Positions 25,956 to 38,748 of a stretch of 64,000 nucleotides of DNA are shown one piece after another (position 1 is the stretch's first letter; every line of letters begins with the position of its first letter). This DNA comes from Nymphaea colorata (Eukaryota). The stretch lies in the NCBI RefSeq assembly GCF_008831285.2, contig NC_045138.2, positions 41,788,001-41,852,000 of the forward strand. Direction: 5' to 3'. Under the pieces are notes generated by a model, which was given only the letters and a program-made list of their open reading frames with translations, ran no database searches and was not told the DNA's origin. The position numbers were made by a program, and so were the translations under genes.

Positions 25956-26606
25956 ATGGTGGCAGAGGAGCCATTTCTGGTCTCTTCTTCCTTGTACCAC
26001 TGGATGACCACCATGATGGTCGCAGGCGACGGAATGGCCGGCCATCCAAGAACGGTCATGGAGATCCCTATCGAATCCCCAGAGAGCGGCTCCTCAATCC
26101 CCGTTGCCGTGGCCTTCACCCACTCCCCGGCCCGTCAGGAAAGTGCGGCCGTCGAAATCCAGGCTGCCTACAGAGGCCACCTGGTCCAGGTGTTGGTACG
26201 AATTGTTCGTCAAGTGAAGCAGGAAGCCGACCGGCTGGAGGCCGTTCTCCAGGCGCAGGAGACGGTGGACAGGGTGCGGACCGACCCAAGGGAGAGGCTC
26301 CGCCTCAACGAGGAGCTCATGCGGCTGCTTCTCCGCCTCGACTCCGTCCCCGGGCTTGTCCCCTCCGTCAGGGATCTCAGGCGGCGTGTCAGCCGGAAGA
26401 TCGTCGACCTGCAGGAGATTCTCGACGCCGTTGCCTCCACCCGTCTAGTCGGGCGGCTCCGCTGGATGTGTCCGACTAGTTGGCATGACCCAGAAGACGA
26501 AGAAGAAGAAGGAGAGAGGAGAGTTCGCGCCCTTGCCCACGACGTCGACGATGATGACGAGGGTTTGCTGAGACTCTGGGGTTTGCAGAGTGTTTTGCAA
26601 TTTTAA
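25956..26606 (+). CDS. IQ-motif plus BAG-domain Hsp70 co-chaperone, BAG5-like; 216 aa from the first ATG, possibly extended by an upstream exon
   Basis: GC-rich open frame. IQ motif AAVEIQAAYRGHLV followed by BAG domain RERLRLNEELMRLLLRLDSVPGLVPSVRDLRRRVSRKIVDLQEILDAV. Stop TAA at 26604-26606. The track start at 25944 is TTG. Confidence 0.88.
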   Translation: MVAEEPFLVSSSLYHWMTTMMVAGDGMAGHPRTVMEIPIESPESGSSIPVAVAFTHSPARQESAAVEIQAAYRGHLVQVLVRIVRQVKQEADRLEAVLQAQETVDRVRTDPRERLRLNEELMRLLLRLDSVPGLVPSVRDLRRRVSRKIVDLQEILDAVASTRLVGRLRWMCPTSWHDPEDEEEEGERRVRALAHDVDDDDEGLLRLWGLQSVLQF

Positions 26607-27813
26607 TGAAGGTATGCTATCGGTATGTAATAGAATAATTATAGTAATAAAAAAATGTGCCGTACAAGGAGTGCGTTTGTTAGCAACGGTAAATTAATTG
26701 ATATGTAAACTTCGTTTCTCTCTCTCTCTCTCATATGACTGAAAAATTCCTGTAAATCTTGGAATTGGTATGTGAAATTCGAGTACCGCTGTTTGGTTTG
26801 AACCAAGAAGGTGAAGTATTCTTGAAACTTTAAATTCATTGACTAGGAAAGAAGCTGTTGGTGCATGTAGCAACTAGCAAGTGCTCTTGCAGCTTTGTCC
26901 TTTGCCTTTTATGTTTCACGGATTTCAGATCAGTCTCATAAAGTGAGAGACGCAGTGGAAGAGCTTAAGTTCTAACGAACGAGAAACCTTATGCAACTAT
27001 GCTGCCGACAATCTTTATCAGATCCTGTCAATGAGTTCCAGTAATAGAAACGCCTATATTTGAATCTCAAATTCTAAAATTTTGGGGTCAAAATGTACTG
27101 CCCAACAGAATTCAGCAGAAAGCTGAGGGAACTTGTTCAGATATACATCGTTAGTCTCAGTTCTTGTGGTATTGTCCTGAAGTCTTTCATAGGAAGCGCT
27201 GCAATTGTCAGCGTTAACCATGAGAGAACAGGACGATGGAAGCTACACTTAAAGAAGGTTAAAGTGCAAATCAATCTTATTTGTTCGAAATTTCTTCAAC
27301 GGGGAAAAAAAATTCAAGGATGGTTAGCATACTTGAAAAGTTTCGCTATAAGGTAGTAGCCATTCGTAGCAGAAGAATTACATGAATGAATATGCTGTAC
27401 TCTTAGGCCATCCTTTTCAGATGCCAACCCTGTTTTTGTAAATTTTGTTCTTGAGACTGGACATGACAATACAGAGTAGGGTGTTGGAGCTTGTACAGTG
27501 ACAGCATCATGTGAAGGCATCTTGATTCCATCCGATAGCTACGTCACTTGAAGCCATTATGCAGTGAATGCTGGTTGGCCTGGTGCAACTGTTTAGTGGT
27601 TGGCTGGATGTATCTCCTTGATGCAGAGTTTAGACAGTCCTCGGAACAACGCCAGGTACAGTAAAAGCGGACTTTTATGTAACTATAGCTGGATTAGGAA
27701 CGGGTAGTGTTGCAATTGCAGTTAGTAAGCATCTTTATAGGTTGAAGAAGGGAACAATGTGCACCGTCTTGCAGTCTACTAATTTTTTTTCTCTAGGAAT
27801 ATATATCTGCGCT

Positions 27814-27855
<42 letters not shown>

Positions 27856-28472
27856 AATCGACTTGGACTGAGTCGAACTGCGTAAATCCCATCCTGTCCT
27901 TTTAGGTTCTTGAACGATCTGCATCTGACTTCCAATTTTGGCAACTCAGGCTGTTATGAAACTAGTGAAAAACCAGATGACTTCTGCAAACATGATGACT
28001 TCACTCTCATGTTCAATTTTTAAAACCAGCCTAGTCTGTTACTGCAACAAAATTCCTTTCCAGTGTGGTCCTTGGCTTCCACATTTCCATGTGAAACTTG
28101 CTTATCCTGGTATTAGGACTCCTAAAGCGTGAACTTGGATTTTTTTTCTGTTCGAGTAATCACTAAAGGTAGCGGTCCAGGTGAAATTATTAAACAATGA
28201 CATCCACAAGTATTTTACATGTTTACATAATCTAAAAGGTTTTCCATTTTTACAAGTTCCAAAACTCTCTTCTTCAAGGTCATATGTTTGTGCATTTTGG
28301 GTGCAATAGTCGTGCCCAAGAACCTAAAAGGAGCAAATGTTTGGATCATGTATTGCTAGTGTGACTCTATAAGAGTTAAAAGATGAATTTGCAATTTTTT
28401 TGGTTGATAAAAGATCTGTTTATGTCAAAAAAAACATGTCCAAAAGTTGCTTTTTAAGACTATGGCTGTAGC

Positions 28473-28731
28473 TGTTAAGATATGGGTTGGGCCTAGTCAG
28501 ATCAGACCCGACCTGACTCATCTTAACCACACGCATGGGTGGTGGCATACTTGTAAATTTTGTGTACTAAATTGTGATTAGTATATAATGATAACAAGAG
28601 GCAGGCGTCAAGGTTGTCGTCTTCATTCTTCTCTCTCTATCTTGCATAAGCAGTCTATTCCTCTTCTCCTCCTTTTGTATCTAATAAAGACTCCATCCGG
28701 TGGTTTGGTGTTGCATATCAAAAATCTTACA
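28473..28731 (+). repeat. Copia 5' LTR
   Basis: TGTTAAGATATG...AATCTTACA, followed directly by the PBS. Confidence 0.92.
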
Positions 28732-31700
28732 TGGTATTAGAGCAGGTTTTGCCACTGAGAATATCCGGTAAGAATTTCTAATTTCCGCCCTAATCTCTGT
28801 TTTTCTACCCTAATCTTAAAATCTCTGTTTTCTGCCCTAATCTCTGTCACCTAACCCTAATCCCTACCTTCTGCCCTAATCTCAAAATTTTTGTTTTATC
28901 TCTATTTGCCCTAATCCCTGCTGCCTACCCTAATCCCAAAATTTTTGTTTTTATCTCTATTTTTTATTGTTGTCGTCTGCCCTAATCCCTGAAGTCTACA
29001 CTTAATCCCAAAATTTTTGTTTTCCCTTTGTTTTATGATTGCTGCAACTATGGACCACAACCATAATTCCATCATCTTGTTGTCCAGTTTCCTCTTTCAA
29101 CTCATGTCACAAAAGCTAAACCATACCAACTATTGGACATGGAAACGTCAAATAGTCCCTTTCATCAAGAGTCAGTGTCTCTAAGGACATCTCAATGACA
29201 TCACACATGTGCCACTAGAATGGATCATGCGAGAGGTGAAGAATGCTGTCGGGCAAGTTCAAGAAACCGTTCCATAAATCAATCTTGAATATGAGACGTG
29301 GATGGTTCATGATCAATCTCTTGTTGCATATATCACCTCCACATTATCCAAAGAAGTTTTGGCAGGTGATGATGATGATCTTTCAGCACTTAAGTTGTGG
29401 AATGTACTCGCTATTACGTATTCTCAAGCATCATAAGCGAGATTCCTACAACTCAAGCAGCAATTTCAGGATATCAATCAAGGAACACACTCAGTTTTGG
29501 AGTACATACATGAAATAAAAAATGTCAGCGACCAGCTTGCAATCATAGGGCACCCAGTGACAAGGACAAGGTACAACAGGTTCCGAGTGGATTGGGGTGA
29601 GATTTTGATGTTTTCAGTACTGCTTTAGAGGTATTACTTATGCTTCCCTCTTTTGAATACTTGAAAGTAAAATTGATTCGGCATGAAGCAAGTCGTATAC
29701 AACGACAAGAATTACCTTCTTTTGGTAGTTATAATATGTTAGTCACTGGCACCCATGATTTGCAATGAAGTTGTCCTAGAGTTTGGAACACGCAGGCTGG
29801 GATGGGGAGGTATTCTTCCTACACAAAAAACAAATGCAAAGGCAAATGTACCACGAAGAATACCTGCTTGTTTTTATTGCAATAACAGAGGTCATGTGAA
29901 GTCAGAATGTTGGCATAACCCCCAAAATAAAGGAAAACATGTTAGGCGTGACAATAAGGCAGCAGGTCAACTGTGTCGAACACCATGTGCAACAGATGTT
30001 AATGATAGCTTTGTCCAAAGTCAATCTTAATCAAAATGAGGAAGGACAATGGTATGTGGATTCTGGTGCTGCAGCTCATGTGACTGATGATGCAGATAAG
30101 CTCTCTAGTGCTCTCCCTTATTTAGTTAAAGACTCAATTGTCACAAGAGATGGTTCCCATCACAAAATATCTCATATTGGAAATGCACACATATCCATGG
30201 CTTATTCATCTATACCTTTAAAGAATGTTTTTGTTGTTCCAAATGTCAAAAAATATCATTTATGTGTCAAAGTTTATTCATGATACTCATTCTTCTATTG
30301 AGTTTACTCATTCTGTTTATGTCAAGGATGCTTGAACCAAGAAGATGTTCGTTGAGGGTGTTCGCAAAGGAGACATGTACGTCATTGAAGAAACTCCAAA
30401 GGTGTCTAAGTCATGTATTTCAAATTCATTTTTTCTCAGTCATAGTGAAGTCAATACTATAGAGTATGATAAGTCATTCATTTGGCATGGTCATATAGCC
30501 CATTGTAGTCAGTCTTTCATTCAAAGTCTTGTTGCAAACAGACTCTTACATAAGTGTAGTCTAAGTCTCGTCAATGAGTCTAGCATGTGTTCAAGCTGTC
30601 ATATTTGTAAGAGTCATGTTCTTCCTTTCCAATCAATAAATAAGCGAGCATCGAAGTTATTTGATACCATATATTCTGATATTTGGGGGTCTATTCTTAT
30701 TTCTTCTTCTTTCGGGAGCAAATATTATGTTGTTTTCATTGATTATTATTCACGTTACACATGGATTCACTTCATGAAAAGCAAATCAGAGGTGTTCAGC
30801 TTGTTCACTCAATTTCATGTCTTAGTCCAAAACAAATACTTTAGTAATATTGTGCATTTCCAATGTGATGGTGGTGATGAGTTCATTTCAAATGAATTTA
30901 CTGAGTATTTACTAAATCATGGGATCATTAGACAGATTTTCTGTCCACACACATTACAACAGAATGATATTGCTCAAAGAAAGCATAAGCACATAGTTGA
31001 AAGTGCTCTAAGTATGATGCATAACACAGATGTGCAGATGAATTTAAGGACTGAAGTCTTCCATACTGTTGTTCATGTTATTAATTGACTGCCACTATTC
31101 ATACTTGAAGGAAAATCTCCATTCTTTATTTTACATCAAGAACAACCCAATTATAATAAACTACGTGTTTTTGGATACATCTATTATGTTCATATTGATG
31201 TTTCCTTGAGAAATAAGATCCAAGGTCGAGCTATTATGCGCAGATTTGTGGGTTATCCAAAGAATTATAATGGCAATCGCTGCTACAATCCAAAGGCTAG
31301 ACTTATGCATATTTCATAACATGTTCTTGATGAGCATAAGTTGAAAGACTTAAAGGAGCCACGTGCGATGTTCAATACAAGCAATAATACATATGATTCA
31401 TGGTTGAGTGCTAAAATATTAAGCCAAGGAGATGATGCATACCCCACACACAGTGACAAAGTTATAAATGATTCTGAGGCAGTCTCAATTGTTCAGATGG
31501 GCAGCACGCCTCCACCTCCTCAGACGACTAGCACGTCTTCGCCTAATCAGTTTTCAAAAACAGTATATATTCGATGATCAGTTCTAGCAACCGCTCCAAA
31601 ACTATCATCACTTGACTACGTAGATCAAAACGTGTGCGACACCCTATTAATAAATTGGTAAGTTGTGATAACTTCTCTTTAAATTTTCAACTTTTTATGA

Positions 31701-33264
31701 CAGAATTAAGCAAAGGGGTAAAGCCAAAATGTTATGAACATGCATGCAAGAATAAGTATTGGGTCGAGGCCATGAATGAATAAATAGCTGCTTTACATGA
31801 ATGTCAAACTTGGGCGATTGTTATTCGTTCGGATAATAAGAAGGTAGTGGGTTCAAAATGTGTTTACAAACTCAAATGTCAACCTGATGGAAGTATTGAT
31901 GGACATAAGTCTTGTCTTGTGGCTAGAGGTTTCACTCAGCAGTACGGGGAAGATTATGATGAGACTTTCAGTCCAGTTGTCAAGATGGGAACAATACGGG
32001 TTGTCATTTCTCTTGCAGTCTCACATGGATGGACTTTATGACAGTTGGATATTAAAAATGTTTTTCTCGATGGTTTTCTGAAAGAATAAGTACACATGGA
32101 ACAACCTCTAGGTTATGCTACTAATGATCCAACCAAATGGGTGTGTAAGTTACAAAGATTACTATTGAGCTTAAGCAAGAATTTCGCTCATGGTTCTATA
32201 GATTTTCTATTCATGTATAGAGACTGGTTTTCTCAAAAGTTCTCTTGATCGTTCCTTATTTATATATCATTCAAGTGAAATTACAATGTGGCTACTCATA
32301 TATGTAGATGACATAGTTCTCACTAGAAATTATTCATGTCATATATCTTATCTTAAGAAAGTATGAAGCAACAATTCAAAATGAAGGATCTCGGTACACT
32401 ACGGTATTTTTTTGGTGTCGAGCTTGATAGAAAGGGTGACGTGTTTACTCTTACGCAGCACAAATATACTCTTGATATATCGGACAAAGTAGGTATGACA
32501 AGTTGCAAGCCCATCAATACTCCTATTGTTCTCAACACAAAATTAAATTCCTCTGATAGGAGTAATGCATATCAAAATCTTAGTTTTTATTAGAGTATAG
32601 TTGGCATGTTGCAATATCTTACCTTTACATTCTCAGACATAGTATATGCAATGAATCAAGCTTCTCAGTTTATGCACACACCCACAGAAGGACATATAGA
32701 TACTACTAAACATATTTTGCGTTATCTTAAGGTTACTCATGGGGATGGACTCGTCTACACAAGAACGGAAACTGATTTAAATGGAAATACCATTTTCACC
32801 TATACTGATGCAAATTGGGCCAATGATCCAGGTGGTGGATGATCAGTTTCAGGTTATTGTATCTTTCTTAACTCCAATCTTGTTTGTTGGAGCAGCAGGA
32901 AACAACGTGCAGTTGCCAGATCGAGCACTGAGGCAGAATATAGGGCAATGGCTGTCAGCGTAGCTGAAGTTTCATGGTTGCATCATCTGCTTGGAGAACT
33001 CTCTCTTCTTATTGCCCTATCATCTCTATTTTGTGATAACCAAAGTGCCATCAAGATTACTTTTAATCCTATCCACATAATCGTACTAATGTTGTTCAAC
33101 ATTTCATTCGCCAAAAGGTTGAGGAAAGTGAAATTATTCCTACTTATATACCCACGTCTCAACAAGTGGCTGATCTATTTACCAAGGGTCTCATGGGGCG
33201 TCATTTATGGGAATTGAAGAACAAATTGTCCATGATCAAACCTCATGCACAACTTGAGGGGGGC

Positions 33265-33551
33265 TGTTAAGATATGTGTTGGGCCTAGTCAGATCAAACC
33301 TGATCCGACCCATCTTAACCACACGCATGGGTGGTGGCATACTTGTAAATTTTAATATTGTTTTGTGTATTTTGTTTGTATACTACATTGTGATTAGTAT
33401 ATAATGATAACAAGAGGCAGGCGTCTAGGTTGTTGCCCTCATTCTTCTCTCTCTCTCTCTTGCACGAGCAGTCTATTCCTCTTCTCTTCCTTTTGTGTCT
33501 ACTAAAGATTCCATCTGATGGTTTGGTGTTACATATCAAAAATCAATCACA
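33265..33551 (+). repeat. Copia 3' LTR with altered right end
   Basis: Homologous to the 5' LTR, preceded by the PPT. Homology ends at ~33544. Confidence 0.88.
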
Positions 33552-34687
33552 ACCACAAGGCTAGAACGAAGTATTGTTAAATGAGTTTCTGTAGCTGTAT
33601 GTACATTGGCTAATGGAAAGCATTAGCAATGTAAAATGTCACCATGACCATGAGCTTCTTTTGTTAGTGTACCATCATTAGAATACGGACCAAAGACAAG
33701 GGACATAAGCATGGTTGCTATTGCAATATTGAGTAGTTTGGTCTTAATTCCATTTGGCTCTGGCATGAGCTGTTTCTTAGTACCTTCACATTTTACACGC
33801 TGCAGACCACCTCTGCCTACTTGAATATGCACTTACATTTTAAAATTTCAAGTTAAAACAGGTCAAGAATCCAATGCTTGCAGTGCATCTCTTTGGCATA
33901 AGCCCGGACATGGGTCAGAATCTGATCTTGCTTGTACAACCAAGAAAAGGTAGACAATTTTAACTGCTTTTTGAATATGTAACGTAGGTTTAAGACTTCA
34001 ATCATTGATGCAACAGCATAACATGAAACAGAACCCAAATTTACAGTTGCTTGTTTTCTGGATTGGATTAAAGTGTATGATGACAGTGCACTGGTGCAAA
34101 CAGATGCCAGCACTAGATTTCAGCAAAACAACCCTCTTCTGTTTCCTTGTTTCTACGTGATTTATATCATCATTACTGAAACAGATATGACAAAAGTACT
34201 TTCAGAATAACCATCAGAATAACCATTCTCTTTTGGGTGTCCATGATTATGCTCTATGTAAATATAATCATTTACATATTTTTACTTTGGTTATATGTTT
34301 TGATGGAAAGATGTTTCAGCACTTTTAAATCTTTTTGTGGATCTAGCTTGGAGCTGAATCATGCCAGATATAAGTATAAACCCAAGTTCTATACGAAGAT
34401 CCAAATCAAATATTGGTGAACATCGGCAATTAGCTTAACAATTCTGATCCCAATATGTGTGTTCTTACTGAATCTTGCAAAAGACAAGTTTTCTCAAACG
34501 TAAGCAGGTTACTGATATCTGATCACACTAATTAGATCCAGCCTCAAATGATGTTCCTAGTCTGACTTATGTCAGACGTTACCTTGGTTTAATATGTTCC
34601 ATAACCTGGAAAAGTTCCTATTGTCTCCGATGAGACAATTGAATAAGTTCAAATCTTATGGTATAGAACCAAAATTTCAAAATAGCA

Positions 34688-37560
34688 TGTTAGGCACAGA
34701 TTGGTACATGACCATGTGGTAGCGTCCTTCTACCGAACCTATTCAGATTGGTAAGATACACACACACGATGACACAATCAGGTTAAGCCAAACCCTAATT
34801 CCTCCTTTAATAAAAACATTCCTGGCATCGGTTAACGACAGTCTTATATATTAAGTCAGAGATCCATGGGTTTGCTTGGACAGACGACCTGTCCCCTTAT
34901 TCTTTACTAACAGGTACTCATATTTTCTCTTGTTCACATTTGACTCCCTTATATGGACCCGACTCTATCAACCAACCTGTCCCTTAACCTACACCTTGTC
35001 CTCAAAGTGTAAATTCAGGTAACCTCTGTTGCAACTCGAAAGAACTTTCCTGTGTTGGTTCAGGTGCCTCTGGCCCTTGCCATTCAACCAGCCATTGTCT
35101 CCAAGGTTCCACCTCATTTGCCCAATTGTCTTTGCAGAACTAGCAAAGTTGTCACTAGTATCTCCGATGAAGTTTTGGGTGGAGATTGAGGGTAACAGTT
35201 TATTCTGGTTGTGGCTAACATGGTTTTAGATGCGAAACATAGAAGATTGGGTGAATTGCAAAGCCTTCCAATAGCTGCAGCTTGTAAGCTACCTTACTCA
35301 CCTTTTATTGAATTTGAAAGGGCTCATAATAGCGTGATGAAAATTTTTGATCACCCAATGTTTTGCATTGTACCTTTCCAGCTGTTTTTTTTTTTTTAAG
35401 TATGCTCATTCTCTTTTTTTGTTATATATACCCATTATCCTACTTGGTATTCCCGATTCCTGTAGTGTTTATTGTGTTGTTGTTGCATTTTGTTTTAGGC
35501 AGTAGCTAACCGATCCTCAATCACCTTCAACACTTGATCTCTTGTAACCAGTTGTATGTCCACTTCATCCAGTTGTCCTCCTTGTGGTTGACAATAACGC
35601 AGGTCTGGTGGGGATCATTCATACACAACTTCAAATAGGGACGTTTTGGTGGTGGAATATGGCACAGTGTTATAAGAAAACTTTGCCCATGACTCAGTCC
35701 AGTTGTGTAGTTGTACCTCTGCATAGCACCTTAAATAAGTCACTGAAACACTATTAACTACTTCAGTTTGCCCACGCGTTGCAGATGGTAGGCCGTACTC
35801 ATTTTGAGTTTAGTACCATGTCATGTACATTAAGTCTACCAAAATTTACTTAAAAACAAAGGGATCTCTATCACTTACTATTGACCTTCGCATTCCGTGC
35901 AACTTACCAACGTTCTCTTGAAAGGCTTTCGCTACTTCCTTTCCTGAAAAAGGATGGGTGGGAGCTATGAAATGTGCGCACGTTTGGAAAGTCTGCCTAA
36001 AACCACTAGTATGACTGACTTTCCCTTGGACTTGGGCAGAACTTCGATGAAATCCATGCATAAATCTGCCCATATACACATAGGAATTGGAGGGGCTGGA
36101 GGAGACCGGCAGGCTTAAGCATCTTGTATTTGTGTGTTTGGAATGTGGCTCAAGCACACACATATTCCCTCACCTCCATTTTCATCCTAGGTCAATAAAA
36201 AGTGTGGTTGATCCACTGGTAAGTATATCCTACCCCTTGATGGCGTGTCTCCTTGAAACCGTGGGAGAGTGTAATGATAGTTTTAGTAAGGCTTGATTCT
36301 GAGGACACATAGACTCGATTATGATTATATAGATAAGGTGATTGCGAACTGTAGCCATACATCTACGTAGGGGGAGGTTTCTATTCTTTTCCTTATGTCC
36401 TGTATCGATTTTGCCTACTCGTGTTCCTTTACTAAATTATCCCAAATGCCTGAAGTATATAATGGCCAGTGTTTTTAGCTGAAATGCATCGTGACCCTCT
36501 GACTTATCTGTTTCAAACTGCCGTTATTAGCCCATCCACGACCAGCTTAGCTGATCCCCTCTTATATAGTATTTCAAGGTCATGTCCAAGAAATTTGATA
36601 ACTCATTTTTGCTGAACAAGTGAGAGGTTTTCTACTGCATATAGTGTTTCAAGCTACTGTGATCAGTATAGATTTAGAATTTCCTTCCAACTAAACAATG
36701 GTGCCATCTGCGAACAGCTAAGACAATAGCAATTAGTTCCCTTTCATGAACTCATGTGCCTCTGAAACACTCTCCCATGGCTATGGCTTGGCTGAAAAAG
36801 GCAATTGAATTCTTTCCTTGATTTAGGACAGCTCCCACCCTTTTTTCAGATGCATCAGTCTCCAACCAAAAAAATTCACTAAAATCGAGTAGGGGTAGTA
36901 TGGGAACAATGGTTATAACTTCCTTGAGCAAGTCAAAGGTTTCCTTCCCATCTTCCTTTCAATCAAATCGGTTCTTTTTTAGCATCTTCTTTAGTGGGGC
37001 TGTTATTCCAAACTTCCTCATTAATCTTTGATAATAACCTGCAAGTTCTAAGAAAGCAGGTAAACCCTTGATTCCTTGTGGTACGGGCCAGTCTTTTGTA
37101 GCAGCCACCTTACCATGCTCCATCTGCACTCCTTGCTTAGATATTATGTGTCCCAAATAAGTGACGTGGGAGCACCCGATCAAGCATTTTGAGATCTTTG
37201 CATATAGCCTATGTTTCCTTAGCCATTCCAGTAATCTTCTCAGCTGCTCCAAATGTTCTTTCATGCCTGCACTATAAACTAATGCGTCATCAAAAAATAC
37301 TAGCACAAATTTGTGTAAATAAGACCTAAATATATTGTTCATCTGTACTTGAAAAGTTTGACGGGCATTAGTTAAGCCGAAAGGTATACATGTGAATTCA
37401 TAATGCCCTTCATGCTTTTGAAAGACAATTTTTGGAATATCTTCTGGGCACATCTTGATTTGATACCCTACCTTTAGGTCTAATTTGGAGAAGATTTAAT
37501 CGTGTTAAATTTTTTTCTAACTCCCTTGCTACCATAGGAGAGTATGTGAAATAATATTGA
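34688..37560 (-). mobile_element. Degenerate, 5'-truncated Ty3/Gypsy chromovirus (RT-RNase H-integrase-chromodomain plus short 3' LTR)
   Basis: RT HEGHYEFTCIPFGLTNA...LVFFDDALVYS, RNase H ETDAS, integrase GKLHGMRRSIVSDRDP, terminal EDKV. Candidate LTR 34688-34970 (tgttagg...ctctatca) next to a purine tract on the minus strand. Confidence 0.85.
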
Positions 37561-37639
37561 CTTGATCCTATTTTTTTCTTATTGATTTGCCAAGCTCTTA
37601 TAAAATTTTTATTACCACCATCACTCCTCAAAAAACGCT

Positions 37640-38140
37640 TCCCAGTTTTTCAAAATTGTTTGATAATCAAGAAAATGCCTCGGCCCGACCAATACGCTAC
37701 GCCATTTTTAACATTGGTTTGGTTTGTTAGTTAATCAAGAAAGACGCCTTCAGATGTTTCAGCCTAAGCCCTCATCTCAAGCAACAACTGAAAATGCCTC
37801 GGTCACCTTCTACTCTCAACGAGGATGTGGTATAGGTAATTATAGAGGTTCTGGTTGTGGTCGATTTAGAGGAGGAGGCCGTCATGGTCATGGAAGTAAA
37901 CAATATTCCAATGATAGTAAACAAGAAGGTCAAAATCAGTCATCAGGCCAAGTTGTTTGTCAGTTTTGTGGGAGAAAAAATCATACTGCTAGAACATGCT
38001 ATGATATTGCTAAAGCTTTCACAGCCCATATTCTTGATCGTTCCTTTGAATAAGCCTGTATTCCAGACACTTGTGCCTCTGACCACTATTTCTCTAGATT
38101 ATGTTATTTATGGTATTGATGAAATTCTGAATGGTGATGA
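37640..38140 (+). mobile_element. Ty1/Copia gag fragment
   Basis: LVNQERRL, RG-rich stretch and CCHC knuckle VVCQFCGRKNHTARTCY. Confidence 0.75.
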
Positions 38141-38748
38141 GTCATTGCCTTCCCACAAACAGGTTAGCAAGTTCTATTCAAAGCTCTCCAAAAAAACATA
38201 AAAGAGTTCGCAATGGGTACAGATTTATAAGAAAAGCAAAAAAACAAATGATAACAAAATACTAAATATAGAGCATGCCTTCTAGAGCTTCCAATCTCCA
38301 TGCACAAAAGCTTGAACTAATTAGATTTAGAAGCCAATCATCTTCAAGTGCATGTCTAAATCTCCCAAATGAAAGCTAGATGGAATCAGCAATTTTCATG
38401 TTGGTGTCCTTGGAGGGCAACTGAGAACTGTGCGATCCAATCAAACTGAGCCCCTCTCAAGCTGAAGCAAAAAATGTAAGGTTTCATTTTTCCATGCATA
38501 TTTCTCTTTGAAAATTTATTTCCTGAGAGGAGGTTCTTCAACCAATCATATCCAAGATGCCTTCAAAAGTGTTAGTAGAGTCTCATCTGCTTCATGTGCC
38601 CAAGTGGGAAGAGCACGAACGTTTGGCCTAGAGTGGGCGACATAGAACATGGTGGCATGTGGATGGTCGACATTTGTTGCATGGGCCTAATGCATGGCAT
38701 CATTCAGGGGTGTGAAGTGAATATACAATGAATTTGAAGGTGGTGACC

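Larger units (their letters stand above)
28473..33551 (+). mobile_element. Near full-length degenerate Ty1/Copia retrotransposon
   Basis: 5' LTR 28473-28731, PBS tggtattagagc 28732-28743, gag CFYCNNRGHVKSECW, protease WYVDSGAAAHVT, integrase SDIWG...CDGGDEF, RT YVDDIV, RNase H ARSSTEAEYRA, PPT gaggggggc, 3' LTR 33265 to ~33551. Many stops. Confidence 0.95.

Noticed and set aside
25814..26479. 221-aa alternative-frame ORF and antisense ORFs over the BAG gene
   Set aside because: Shadow ORFs of GC-rich coding DNA with no motifs.
28788..29020. ccctaa-rich repeats resembling telomeric sequence
   Set aside because: They are ccctaatc units in the Copia 5' leader, not (CCCTAAA)n arrays.
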